A stretch of DNA of 40,357 nucleotides from an uncultured bacterium. Its GTDB lineage: Bacteria > Patescibacteriota > Patescibacteriia > UBA1558 > GWA2-36-10. The notes under the pieces were generated by a model. The model ran no database searches. It was not told the DNA's origin and saw only the letters and a list, made by a program, of their open reading frames with translations. Positions 20,090-28,449 of the stretch are shown in pieces (position 1 is the first letter of the stretch; every line of letters starts with the position of its first letter). The translations under genes and the position numbers were made by a program. Location of the stretch: contig CALMZN010000002.1 of assembly GCA_937870675.1 (NCBI GenBank), positions 1-40,357 of the forward strand, given 5' to 3'.

Positions 20090-21370
20090 ATGGGCAAATA
20101 TAAATATCTTTATCTGGGAGCATTGTTGGTTGTTGTTTTTCTTTTTGTGATTGTTAAATCTAGCAACTCTGAAAATAATCGAATTGATAAGCAAGGCATA
20201 GAAATAACTGGCTCTATTGCGTCAAAAGTAGATTTGTATTTTTTTTGGGGCGATGGTTGTCCGCATTGCGCTCAAGAGGAAATATTTTTGAAAAGCATAG
20301 AGTCCAAATATCCAGATTTGAGAATTCAGCGTTTTGAAATTTGGGAGCATCAAAACAATGCGAGATTGATACTGGAAGTAGCTAAAAAATTACAGACAAA
20401 TATTGGTGGTGTGCCATTTACCGTTGTAGGCGACCAATCTTTCGTGGGCTTTGACGAAAACTACACAGCTCCAAAAATAGAAGCCAGAATCAAAGAGTGC
20501 CTAGCCGGCTCTTGCCCAGATTCACTTGCTTCATTGGTGCCGGCGATAAAATCAGCCAAAGATTCGCAAGCGGTCGCTAGCGCCGATGTCGTAGAGCCAG
20601 CCAAATCAAAAGCAGTTGGCAAAATAGATGCTGGTGTATTTGGCGAAGTTGATATGGCCAAATTTTCCTTGCCTGTATTGACTATCATTATTGGCGCCTT
20701 AGACGGCTTCAATCCTTGTGCTATGTGGGTTTTAGTATTTTTGATTAGCTTGCTGATTGGCATGCAGAACAGGAAGAGGATGTGGATCTTGGGTTCGGCC
20801 TTTATTGTGGCTTCAGCCGCTGTTTATTTTCTTTTTATGGTTGCTTGGCTGAATATATTTTTATTTATTGGCGTGGTGGCTTGGGTCAAAATTTTGATTG
20901 GTTTGGTAGCGCTACTCGGAGCGGGTTATAGCTTGAAAGATTTTTACAAAAACAAAGAGGCCACTTGCGAAGTGGGAGATATAGAAAAAAAGAAGAAGAT
21001 CATGGACAAGCTGAAGGGCTATGTGGCTTCTCAGAATTTTTGGCTGGCTTTGTTTGGCATTATGGCCTTGGCTTTTATGATCAACTTGGTTGAACTTTTG
21101 TGTTCAGCTGGTTTTCCGGCGGTCTATACCCAAGTACTAGCTATGAACAACATGACCGGCTGGTATTATTATGCTTATATTTTGCTTTATGTGTTGTTTT
21201 TTATGCTGGATGATTTGATCGTCTTTTTTATTGCCATGTTCACTTTGCAGGCCACTGGTTTGACTACCAAATATACCAGGGCCTCGCGGTTGATTGGTGG
21301 CATTTTGATGTTGGTCATTGGCTTGTTGATGATTTTCAAGCCAAGCATTTTGACGAGTTTTGGTAATTAA
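20090..21370 (+). CDS. Glutaredoxin-like CxxC domain fused to a DsbD/CcdA-like TM domain
   Basis: FWGDGCPHC, GGVPFT; TM part with DGFNPCAMWVL and ELLCSAGFP. Confidence 0.85.
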   Translation: MGKYKYLYLGALLVVVFLFVIVKSSNSENNRIDKQGIEITGSIASKVDLYFFWGDGCPHCAQEEIFLKSIESKYPDLRIQRFEIWEHQNNARLILEVAKKLQTNIGGVPFTVVGDQSFVGFDENYTAPKIEARIKECLAGSCPDSLASLVPAIKSAKDSQAVASADVVEPAKSKAVGKIDAGVFGEVDMAKFSLPVLTIIIGALDGFNPCAMWVLVFLISLLIGMQNRKRMWILGSAFIVASAAVYFLFMVAWLNIFLFIGVVAWVKILIGLVALLGAGYSLKDFYKNKEATCEVGDIEKKKKIMDKLKGYVASQNFWLALFGIMALAFMINLVELLCSAGFPAVYTQVLAMNNMTGWYYYAYILLYVLFFMLDDLIVFFIAMFTLQATGLTTKYTRASRLIGGILMLVIGLLMIFKPSILTSFGN

Positions 21371-21385
21371 TATTATGTTTTTGGT

Positions 21386-21419
21386 GCGGCGCCCCGCTAG
21401 CGGGGCGCCGCTTTTGTTT
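21386..21419 (+). terminator. Perfect 26-bp GC palindrome followed by a T-tract
   Basis: GCGGCGCCCCGCTAGCGGGGCGCCGC then TTTTGTTT. Confidence 0.7.
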
Positions 21420-21477
21420 ATTTAAGATTTAGGTTAAAATATACAATATAGTCGATTAACAGGAATAAATATATTTT

Positions 21478-21828
21478 ATGTCAGAAAAATTTGGACCATG
21501 CTTAGAAAAAAATTGTTCACACTGTTGTGATCCCGTGAAAGTTGGTAGGTTTTTTTCAGAAGAAGATGTGCCAATAAATAAAGATGGTAATAAGATATGG
21601 ATGGGAAAAAATGAGCTGTTAGTTTCGGTTGATGTACCAGATGGTCAGAAACTTAAAACGTATAATTGTGTTAATTTTGATGCGCAAACAGGAAAATGCA
21701 AAGATTATAATAATAGGCCAGAAATTTGTAGAAACACAAGTTGCGTTAGTGCGGATTCTACGGAAAGCATAGACGAACAACATACTAAATTTGTTGGCGA
21801 AAAATTTATATCAATTTCAAAGAAATAA
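21478..21828 (+). CDS. YkgJ-like cysteine-cluster protein
   Basis: CSHCC ... CVNFD...KCKDYNNRPEICR. Confidence 0.75.
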   Translation: MSEKFGPCLEKNCSHCCDPVKVGRFFSEEDVPINKDGNKIWMGKNELLVSVDVPDGQKLKTYNCVNFDAQTGKCKDYNNRPEICRNTSCVSADSTESIDEQHTKFVGEKFISISKK

Positions 21829-21832
21829 AAAT

Positions 21833-22921
21833 ATGAAAAAAATAAATGTTGGTATTTTATTTGGAGGTAAATCAGCTGAGCATGAAGTTTCTATACAATC
21901 AGCTAGAAATATTTTTAAAGCTTTAGACAAAAATAAATATCAATCCCTCTTGATTGGTATTGATAAAAATGGTCGCTGGTTATTTTATGATCAAGCTAGC
22001 TTTTTATTGCATTCCGAGCAAGTAAGTTTAAGAAAATTTAGTAAAGCAGTAAAAGAAATTGCTTTGGTACCGCAGAGTCAAGGTAAAATATTAAATGTTT
22101 CTGGTTTGGCTAGTAAAAAATCAATAGATGTTGTTTTTCCAATATTACATGGGCCATTTGGCGAAGATGGTACTATTCAGGGTCTACTAAAGTTAGCCAA
22201 TGTGCCTTTTGTTGGAGCAGGAGTATTGTCCTCGGCAGTAGGCATGGATAAAGATATCATGAAAAGACTTTGGCGAGAGGCCGGATTGCCTATTTGTAAA
22301 TTTTTAGTATTTAAAAATAAAGAATCTATAAATTATAAACAAGTAGTAAAAAACTTGGGCTTGCCCTTTTTTGTTAAACCAGCCAACTTGGGATCATCTG
22401 TCGGAATAAGTAAGGTAAGTAACCAAAGTCAGTTTACTAAGGCGGTTAAGATCGCTTGGCAATATGATAATAAAATCATAATTGAAGAAAATATAACGGG
22501 CAGAGAAATCGAGTGTGCTATATTAGGCAATGAAGATCTCAAAGCTTCTGTGCCCGGTGAAGTGAAGCCCAGTCACGATTTTTATTCCTATGAAGCTAAA
22601 TATATTGATGAGCATGGAGCGACCCTGATTATTCCCGCAAAATTGTCTAAAAACGTTATTAAAAAAATTCAAGATTTATCTGTTAAGGCATTCAAAGTTT
22701 TGGATACCGAGGGTTTGGGGAGAGTGGATTTATTTTTGAAAAATAATGGGGAAATAGTTTTAAATGAAATAAATACAATGCCCGGATTTACTGTCATTAG
22801 CATGTATGCACGCTTATGGCAGGCTAGTGGCTTAAGTTACGATAAATTAATTGATAATTTAATACAGCTAGCTATTAGTAGATTTAAAAAAGAACAAAAA
22901 TTAAAAACAACTTATTTATAA
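21833..22921 (+). CDS. ddl: D-alanine--D-alanine ligase
   Basis: FGGKSAEHEVS, LHGPFGEDGTIQG, KPANLGSSVGI, FYSYEAKY, NEINTMPGFT; ATG at 21833. Confidence 0.96.
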   Translation: MKKINVGILFGGKSAEHEVSIQSARNIFKALDKNKYQSLLIGIDKNGRWLFYDQASFLLHSEQVSLRKFSKAVKEIALVPQSQGKILNVSGLASKKSIDVVFPILHGPFGEDGTIQGLLKLANVPFVGAGVLSSAVGMDKDIMKRLWREAGLPICKFLVFKNKESINYKQVVKNLGLPFFVKPANLGSSVGISKVSNQSQFTKAVKIAWQYDNKIIIEENITGREIECAILGNEDLKASVPGEVKPSHDFYSYEAKYIDEHGATLIIPAKLSKNVIKKIQDLSVKAFKVLDTEGLGRVDLFLKNNGEIVLNEINTMPGFTVISMYARLWQASGLSYDKLIDNLIQLAISRFKKEQKLKTTYL

Positions 22922-22930
22922 ATAACTAGC

Positions 22931-23629
22931 ATGACTCCGCAGAATGCTTTGAAAAAATTATCCAGTCCTCAAAGAGCGCAGAGTTCAAGGAGATTTTTTA
23001 AGACGGATCCAGGCCAATACGGAGAAGGCGATGAATTTATTGGCGTGGTAGTGCCTGATATTAGAAAAGTTGCTAGGCAATATTTTGGCGTGTCATTAAA
23101 AGAAGTTGCTGAACTTTTGCACTCCAAAATACATGAGGAGCGACTGTGTGCTTTGTTTATTTTAGTGGAGCAGTACAAAAAAGGGGATAGTAAAAAACAA
23201 AAAAATATTTTTGAGTTGTATTTAAAAAATTATAAATATATAAATAATTGGGATTTGGTGGATTTGACGGCACCGCCTATTGTCGGCGCGTATTTGGCTG
23301 ACAAGCCCAAAGATGTTTTATATAAATTAGCGCATAGCCGGAATTTGTGGCAAAGACGAATAGCTATTGTGGCTACTTTTTATTTTATTTATCAAGGAGA
23401 GAGTAAGACAACCCTCGAGCTTGCCAAAATTTTACTTCATGATAAGCATGATTTGATTCACAAGGCAGTGGGCTGGATGCTAAGAGAAGTAGGTAAGCGT
23501 TGTGATGAGCGGATTTTGCTGAATTTTTTGGATAAACATTATAGGGATATGCCACGCACTTGCCTAAGATATGCGATTGAGAGATTACCCAAAATAAAGC
23601 GTCGGGCTTATTTGCGCGGTTTGATTTAG
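22931..23629 (+). CDS. DNA alkylation repair protein, AlkD-like
   Basis: FFKTDPGQYGEGD, INNWDLVD, LWQRR, DLIHKAVGWMLREVGK, RYAIER. Confidence 0.9.
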   Translation: MTPQNALKKLSSPQRAQSSRRFFKTDPGQYGEGDEFIGVVVPDIRKVARQYFGVSLKEVAELLHSKIHEERLCALFILVEQYKKGDSKKQKNIFELYLKNYKYINNWDLVDLTAPPIVGAYLADKPKDVLYKLAHSRNLWQRRIAIVATFYFIYQGESKTTLELAKILLHDKHDLIHKAVGWMLREVGKRCDERILLNFLDKHYRDMPRTCLRYAIERLPKIKRRAYLRGLI

Positions 23630-23656
23630 CCAAATAGCAATTTTTTTGTGGGTGAT

Positions 23657-23672
23657 TTTTGTGCTATAATAT
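23657..23672 (+). promoter_or_regulatory. Extended -10 promoter
   Basis: TTTTGTGCTATAATAT, identical to 25235-25250. Confidence 0.6.
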
Positions 23673-23682
23673 AAGCGTCAAT

Positions 23683-25212
23683 ATGGCGAAATTTTTTAAG
23701 ATACCATACACCAAAAAAATTTTTACCTTTTTCCTAATTTTTGTTTGGGTTTTTTCATCTTGGCCGAAAATTATTGATTTTCCGCCAACAGTAAAAGAGG
23801 CCTCCGCCGCTAGTGGCGATGTCATACTTTTGTGGGACACGGCCAATGGTTCAGTCCCTTCGGGCTGGACTTGTATTTCTTGCACTGGTGGTGATGCTTT
23901 TTACGGTGTTTTCCCCAGAGCCGCTTCCAGCTATGGCGCGTCCACGGCTGGCTCTGATACTCATACGCACACTTTAACTTATTCTAGCGCTACCCAAGGC
24001 GCCAATGGTGATGCCTTGGGTGAACTTACTGGTAATAGAGCGTCTGTCAACACGCATACGCATACTTGGGGCAATATTACTTCTGGTAGTGGCGATGTCA
24101 GGCCAAGTTATAAAAATTTGAATTTTATTTATGCCAACAATCCTTCATCAATTCCCGCCAATGTTATTGCTGTGTTTGATAGCACTTTGCCGTCTGGCTG
24201 GACAAGATACAGCGCTTTGGACAGCATATATTTGCGTGGCAATGCTGATAATGCGACCGGAGGCGGAGCAACGCATTATCATGCTATTGCTAGTGGCTCC
24301 ATAACCTCAAGCGGTCACAGCAATATTTTGACTGACTCTGGCAATGCTCGCAGTGCTTGTAATCAAACGGCTGGCCACCTTCTTCCTTCGGCCACTACAA
24401 ATCTTGATAATAACAACAATGCCCCTCCCTATGTTCAGGTAATTTTTGCCTATAATTCCAGCGGTAGCGCTATTTCTCTTTCTTCAACTTCGGCTACAGG
24501 CATGATTGCTTTTTTCAATGCCACGCCACCTTCGGGCTGGGACACTATTTCAGATGTCTCGCCTTGGAATGGTAATTTTTTGATGGGTTATTCTAGCTAT
24601 GGCTCAACCGGCGGCTCAAGCGCTGATCATAATCATGGTGGGTCCAAGAGTTTTACATCAGCCGCCTGCGCGTCAAGCGCGAATGGTCTTGGTCCAACTG
24701 GCACTTATACTGGCGCATTAGAAACTCATTCTCATAGCGTCACTTACACGATTGATTCTCAAGCATCACTGCCGCTTTATCGCGATGTTATTTTAGCCAA
24801 AAAAGAAGCGCCAACATTTAGCATTAGCATATCCACCAATGGCGCAGTAGCTTTTGGAACACTGGCTCTGGAGCAGACCCAAGACAATACAGTTACCGGA
24901 GTCAATGATATAGAGATTGTGAGCGTTGATGTTGGCCCGGTAGATTTGGATATCAAAAGCACAGTTTTTACAGAGGGAGGTAATACTTGGACACTTGGCT
25001 CCAGTAATGGTTCCAATCAAGTCAAATGGGAGTTTGCCACCTCAACTAATAATTGGGTGACTATGGCCGTGGCCAATTCAAATTATGAGATGGATCTCAA
25101 TGTCGCCCAGTCAGCTACTAGAAATGTATATTTGCGCATTACTATGCCAACAGCGACCAATTCTTACAACCAATATAGCTCAACAGTCACCATTACGGCC
25201 TCATCTCCGTAG
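23683..25212 (+). CDS. Secreted protein with three phage tail-collar/HxH repeats and a C-terminal pilin-like domain (putative fibre tip)
   Basis: Signal ending ASA|; three PSGW...(G)G..HxH...PxY..(V/L) repeats; last ~134 aa align with the product of 25338-25856. Confidence 0.7.
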   Translation: MAKFFKIPYTKKIFTFFLIFVWVFSSWPKIIDFPPTVKEASAASGDVILLWDTANGSVPSGWTCISCTGGDAFYGVFPRAASSYGASTAGSDTHTHTLTYSSATQGANGDALGELTGNRASVNTHTHTWGNITSGSGDVRPSYKNLNFIYANNPSSIPANVIAVFDSTLPSGWTRYSALDSIYLRGNADNATGGGATHYHAIASGSITSSGHSNILTDSGNARSACNQTAGHLLPSATTNLDNNNNAPPYVQVIFAYNSSGSAISLSSTSATGMIAFFNATPPSGWDTISDVSPWNGNFLMGYSSYGSTGGSSADHNHGGSKSFTSAACASSANGLGPTGTYTGALETHSHSVTYTIDSQASLPLYRDVILAKKEAPTFSISISTNGAVAFGTLALEQTQDNTVTGVNDIEIVSVDVGPVDLDIKSTVFTEGGNTWTLGSSNGSNQVKWEFATSTNNWVTMAVANSNYEMDLNVAQSATRNVYLRITMPTATNSYNQYSSTVTITASSP

Positions 25213-25234
25213 GGGGGTTTGGTGTTTTTTTAAA

Positions 25235-25250
25235 TTTTGTGCTATAATAT
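25235..25250 (+). promoter_or_regulatory. Extended -10 promoter for the putative major subunit
   Basis: TTTTGTGCTATAATAT followed by an almost pure A/T leader. Confidence 0.6.
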
Positions 25251-25337
25251 TATCATGTAATTTTAATATATATATAAATATAAAAATAAAAAATATTAAT
25301 ATATATAAAATAATAAATAAAAACTAAATGTAAACGT

Positions 25338-25856
25338 ATGAAAGAAACTATTTTATCAACATTGATTGTCATTGTTTTTGGTTTTTTGGTGGTAGTTGGT
25401 GTCAGAGCCGCTGACAATGCGGATGTCACAGCCACTGTCACAGTCCAAAACATTGCTATGACCTTGAGCCAGTCAACATTTGACTATGGCACTATGTCAA
25501 GCAATACCACCTCTACCACAGTGCCTCTTTGGGCGGGGGCAGGCATAGTAGCCACCAACACTGGCAATGTCAACGAAGATTTTGACATCAACAGCGCTGA
25601 CACTGCTGCTTGGACGCTAGCGACAGCCACATCAACCGCTGATATTTACGCTCATCGTTTTTGCAATGACACGGATAATGACTGCACAACACCTTGGACT
25701 AATTACACAGCCATGACTACATCGCCAGGAGCGTTGGACACGGGAATAGCAGCATCGGGCACAGTTGCTTTTCAATTGCAGATACACACTCCCAACCCTA
25801 GCACAGTTTTTACTGAGCAGAGCTCTAGCGTGACAGTGACGGCTAGCGCCAGCTAA
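25338..25856 (+). CDS. Secreted beta-rich subunit, TasA/WxL/pilin-like (putative major fibre subunit)
   Basis: Signal VRA|, N-terminal ADNADVTATVTVQ strand, FDYG, NTGNV, terminal SVTVTAS strand. Confidence 0.65.
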   Translation: MKETILSTLIVIVFGFLVVVGVRAADNADVTATVTVQNIAMTLSQSTFDYGTMSSNTTSTTVPLWAGAGIVATNTGNVNEDFDINSADTAAWTLATATSTADIYAHRFCNDTDNDCTTPWTNYTAMTTSPGALDTGIAASGTVAFQLQIHTPNPSTVFTEQSSSVTVTASAS

Positions 25857-25889
25857 GTGAATATTTAAATTTTGTTTTTATAACCGGTT

Positions 25890-26492
25890 ATGAAAAAATC
25901 TACCTTAGCGGTTGTGGCTATTTGTTTATTTTTACCTTTTTGGGCTTTGGCCAAGATTGGCGTGGGGGTGGGGACTGGTAAAATAGTGGTTGATCAGCCG
26001 ATGAAACCCGGTTTGATTTACACTTTACCACCTTTAGTGGTTCTAAATACCGGCGATGAGGCCTCAGATTACGGCGTCACTATTCAACATCGTGAAAATC
26101 AAGAGCAGATGAAACCAGCTAAGGAATGGTTTAGTTTTGAGCCCAGTAGTTTTTATCTGAATCCCGGTGAATCAAAAGTTGTTCAAATCAAATTAACTTT
26201 GCCCATAAAAGGGGCTAGACCGGGAGATTATTTTGCTTTTTTACAGGCCTATCCAAAGCAAAAAGCTGGTGTCTCGGGTACTAGTGTCAATATAGCCGCC
26301 GCCGCTAAATTGTATTTTACGATAGTGCCTAGTAATTTTTTTGCCGGAATTTATTATAGGATTGTTTCACTTTTGACGCTTTATTCTCCTTGGGGGTACA
26401 TAGTTTTGGTAGTCATTGGAGCTACTTTGTTGCTTGGCATACTGCGCCGTTTCATTTCTTTTAATATCGGACTTAGCGTCAAGAAAAAATAA
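25890..26492 (+). CDS. Membrane-anchored Ig-fold protein, PapD-like or WxL-interacting-like (putative chaperone)
   Basis: Signal ALA|; VVLNTGD, WFSFEPSSFYLNPGESKVVQIKL, PGDYFAFL; C-terminal TM. Confidence 0.6.
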   Translation: MKKSTLAVVAICLFLPFWALAKIGVGVGTGKIVVDQPMKPGLIYTLPPLVVLNTGDEASDYGVTIQHRENQEQMKPAKEWFSFEPSSFYLNPGESKVVQIKLTLPIKGARPGDYFAFLQAYPKQKAGVSGTSVNIAAAAKLYFTIVPSNFFAGIYYRIVSLLTLYSPWGYIVLVVIGATLLLGILRRFISFNIGLSVKKK

Positions 26493-26506
26493 GATTGTCA
26501 TAATGA

Positions 26507-27562
26507 ATGAAAAAACATGATTTGATGGTTAATTTATTTTTTTTATTAACAATAGTTTTGGCTATTGTTTTTTTTATTTTTTCTAAAGAAATAGTTTTTA
26601 GCAGTGATAGTGTGGTGACGACAGTGCAAATATCGGTTTGTGGTAATGGCGTCAAAGAGGGCGGCGAAGATTGCGATACTAATGATTTTGGGGGAGTATC
26701 TTGCACTTCTTTGGGCTACACCAGCGGTACTTTGACCTGTGATGCGGCTTGCGATTACGTCACTAGCGCTTGTATATACACGGCACCAGTAATTATTGGC
26801 GGTGGTGGCGGTGGTAGCACTGTATTGTTGCCAACAGTGACAGGAGTAAGCTTTTCAGGCAAAGCTTATCCATCAAGTGAAGTCACAGTTTTAAAAGATG
26901 GCCAAATTATTTCTATGACCATGGCTGGTCCGGATGCTAATTTTTTAGTCAGTTTATCCAATATTTCAGCGGGTAATTATATTTTTGCTTTATATACTGA
27001 GGATTCTCAGGGTCTGCGTTCTTCTTTGTTTACTTTTCAGGTCTATGTCACTTTTGGCGCTATTAGCACGGTTAGTGGTATTTTTCTTTCACCGACAATC
27101 ACTGCGGACAAAGTCGAAGTTAAAAAAGGCGATAATTTGGCAATCTTTGGTCAAACAACGCCCAATTCTCAAGTGAGTATCCTAGTCAACTCTTCTCAAG
27201 ATTTTTTTGCTAGCGCCAGTACGGACGAATCAGGCGCTTACCTTTATAATTTTGATACTAGTGTTTTGGAAGAAGGGGACCATAGTACTAAGTCAAAAGT
27301 AACCCTCAATAGCGCTACTAGCAACTATAGCACAGCCGTTGGTTTTTTGGTGGGTGATAAAAACGTCAGCCGACAACCTGGCGCTGATTGTGGTAATCTG
27401 CGAGGGGACATAAATTGCGACGGCAAGGTAAATTTGGTTGATTTTTCCATTGCCGCTTATTGGTATCGGCGGACAAATCCACCAATTCGCGTTGATATTA
27501 ATGGCGATGGGCAGGTGAGTTTGGTAGATTTTAGTATTATGGCTTACAATTGGACTGGTTAA
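26507..27562 (+). CDS. Secreted protein: Cys-rich module, Ig-like domains and C-terminal dockerin
   Basis: CGNGVKEGGEDCD; poly-Gly linker; duplicated EF-hand-like GDINCDGKVNLVDFSI and DINGDGQVSLVDFSI. Confidence 0.8.
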   Translation: MKKHDLMVNLFFLLTIVLAIVFFIFSKEIVFSSDSVVTTVQISVCGNGVKEGGEDCDTNDFGGVSCTSLGYTSGTLTCDAACDYVTSACIYTAPVIIGGGGGGSTVLLPTVTGVSFSGKAYPSSEVTVLKDGQIISMTMAGPDANFLVSLSNISAGNYIFALYTEDSQGLRSSLFTFQVYVTFGAISTVSGIFLSPTITADKVEVKKGDNLAIFGQTTPNSQVSILVNSSQDFFASASTDESGAYLYNFDTSVLEEGDHSTKSKVTLNSATSNYSTAVGFLVGDKNVSRQPGADCGNLRGDINCDGKVNLVDFSIAAYWYRRTNPPIRVDINGDGQVSLVDFSIMAYNWTG

Positions 27563-28449
27563 TGTTTATGATAAAAGGAGCAGTAAAAATATTATTGTTG
27601 TTGGGTCTGATCTGGCCCTTGAGCGGACAAGCGGCTTTGTTTTATTTTGAAGATAAGCAAAACAGCGCCGTGGTTGGCCAAGATACGAGCATTACTCTAA
27701 AAATTGATACTCAAGGTCAGCTGATAAACGCTATTGAGGGTGATGTGCTTTTGCCGTCGGATTTACAATTAGTGGATATTTTTGATAATGGCTCTATAAT
27801 AAGTTTTTGGGTGGAAAAACCGGAAAACAAAAATAATATAGTCCACTTTTCTGGTATTACTCCGGGCGGTTTTATGGGGCAGGGAATTTTGTTCAAAATA
27901 TTGGTCAAGGCAGGTTCGTCTGGGTCAAGACAAATAACTTTGGGTAATTTGTCAGCTTATTTGAGTGATGGACAAGGCACGAACGTTATTGTGAGCAGTC
28001 AGTCCGCGCAAATGGATTTTATTATAAGTGAAGAGGCGCCGGCAATTGAAATAAAAATAAATGACAATGAACGGCCCGAAGATTTTACACCTATCATTAG
28101 TCGTTTGGATCAGATTGAGCCGGGTATTTATTTTTTGATTTTTGCTACTCAAGATAAGGGGTCAGGAATTGACTATTATGAAGTGCGAGAAGGATGGTAT
28201 AATTACCAACTAGCCCTTAGCCCTTATCGTCTGAAGAATCAAGAATTGAATCAAGATATTTTTGTCAAAGCCGTGGATAAGGCCGGCAATGAACGAGTCG
28301 TTAAGGTCTTGGCTCTATACGATAAGGCGTGGTATGAAAATTTTTGGTTTTATGTTATAATGATAAGCGTAGTTATTTCGTTGTTTTTGGGTAAAAAAAT
28401 AAAATTATTACGGCATCATGGCCGATCGACAAACAAAAATAAAAGTTAA
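27562..28449 (+). CDS. Cohesin-domain protein with C-terminal TM anchor
   Basis: INAIEGDV, SIISFWVEKP, FSGITPGGF, AYLSDGQGT; Ig-like DKGSGIDYYEV...AVDKAGN; TM then basic tail. Start overlaps the upstream stop (TAATG); ATG 27568 is also possible. Confidence 0.75.
   Translation: MFMIKGAVKILLLLGLIWPLSGQAALFYFEDKQNSAVVGQDTSITLKIDTQGQLINAIEGDVLLPSDLQLVDIFDNGSIISFWVEKPENKNNIVHFSGITPGGFMGQGILFKILVKAGSSGSRQITLGNLSAYLSDGQGTNVIVSSQSAQMDFIISEEAPAIEIKINDNERPEDFTPIISRLDQIEPGIYFLIFATQDKGSGIDYYEVREGWYNYQLALSPYRLKNQELNQDIFVKAVDKAGNERVVKVLALYDKAWYENFWFYVIMISVVISLFLGKKIKLLRHHGRSTNKNKS

Noticed and set aside
21833-22921. Van-type D-Ala-D-Lac ligase
   Set aside because: Omega loop FYSYEAKY is the D-Ala-D-Ala type and no vanH/vanX genes are adjacent.
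16078-23629. Genomic island integrated at tRNA-Ser
   Set aside because: Some genes look AT-richer, but I saw no integrase and no distant duplicate of the tRNA 3' end.
23683-25212. Prophage tail gene
   Set aside because: Has a Sec signal and pilin-like C-terminus; no terminase, capsid, baseplate or integrase nearby.
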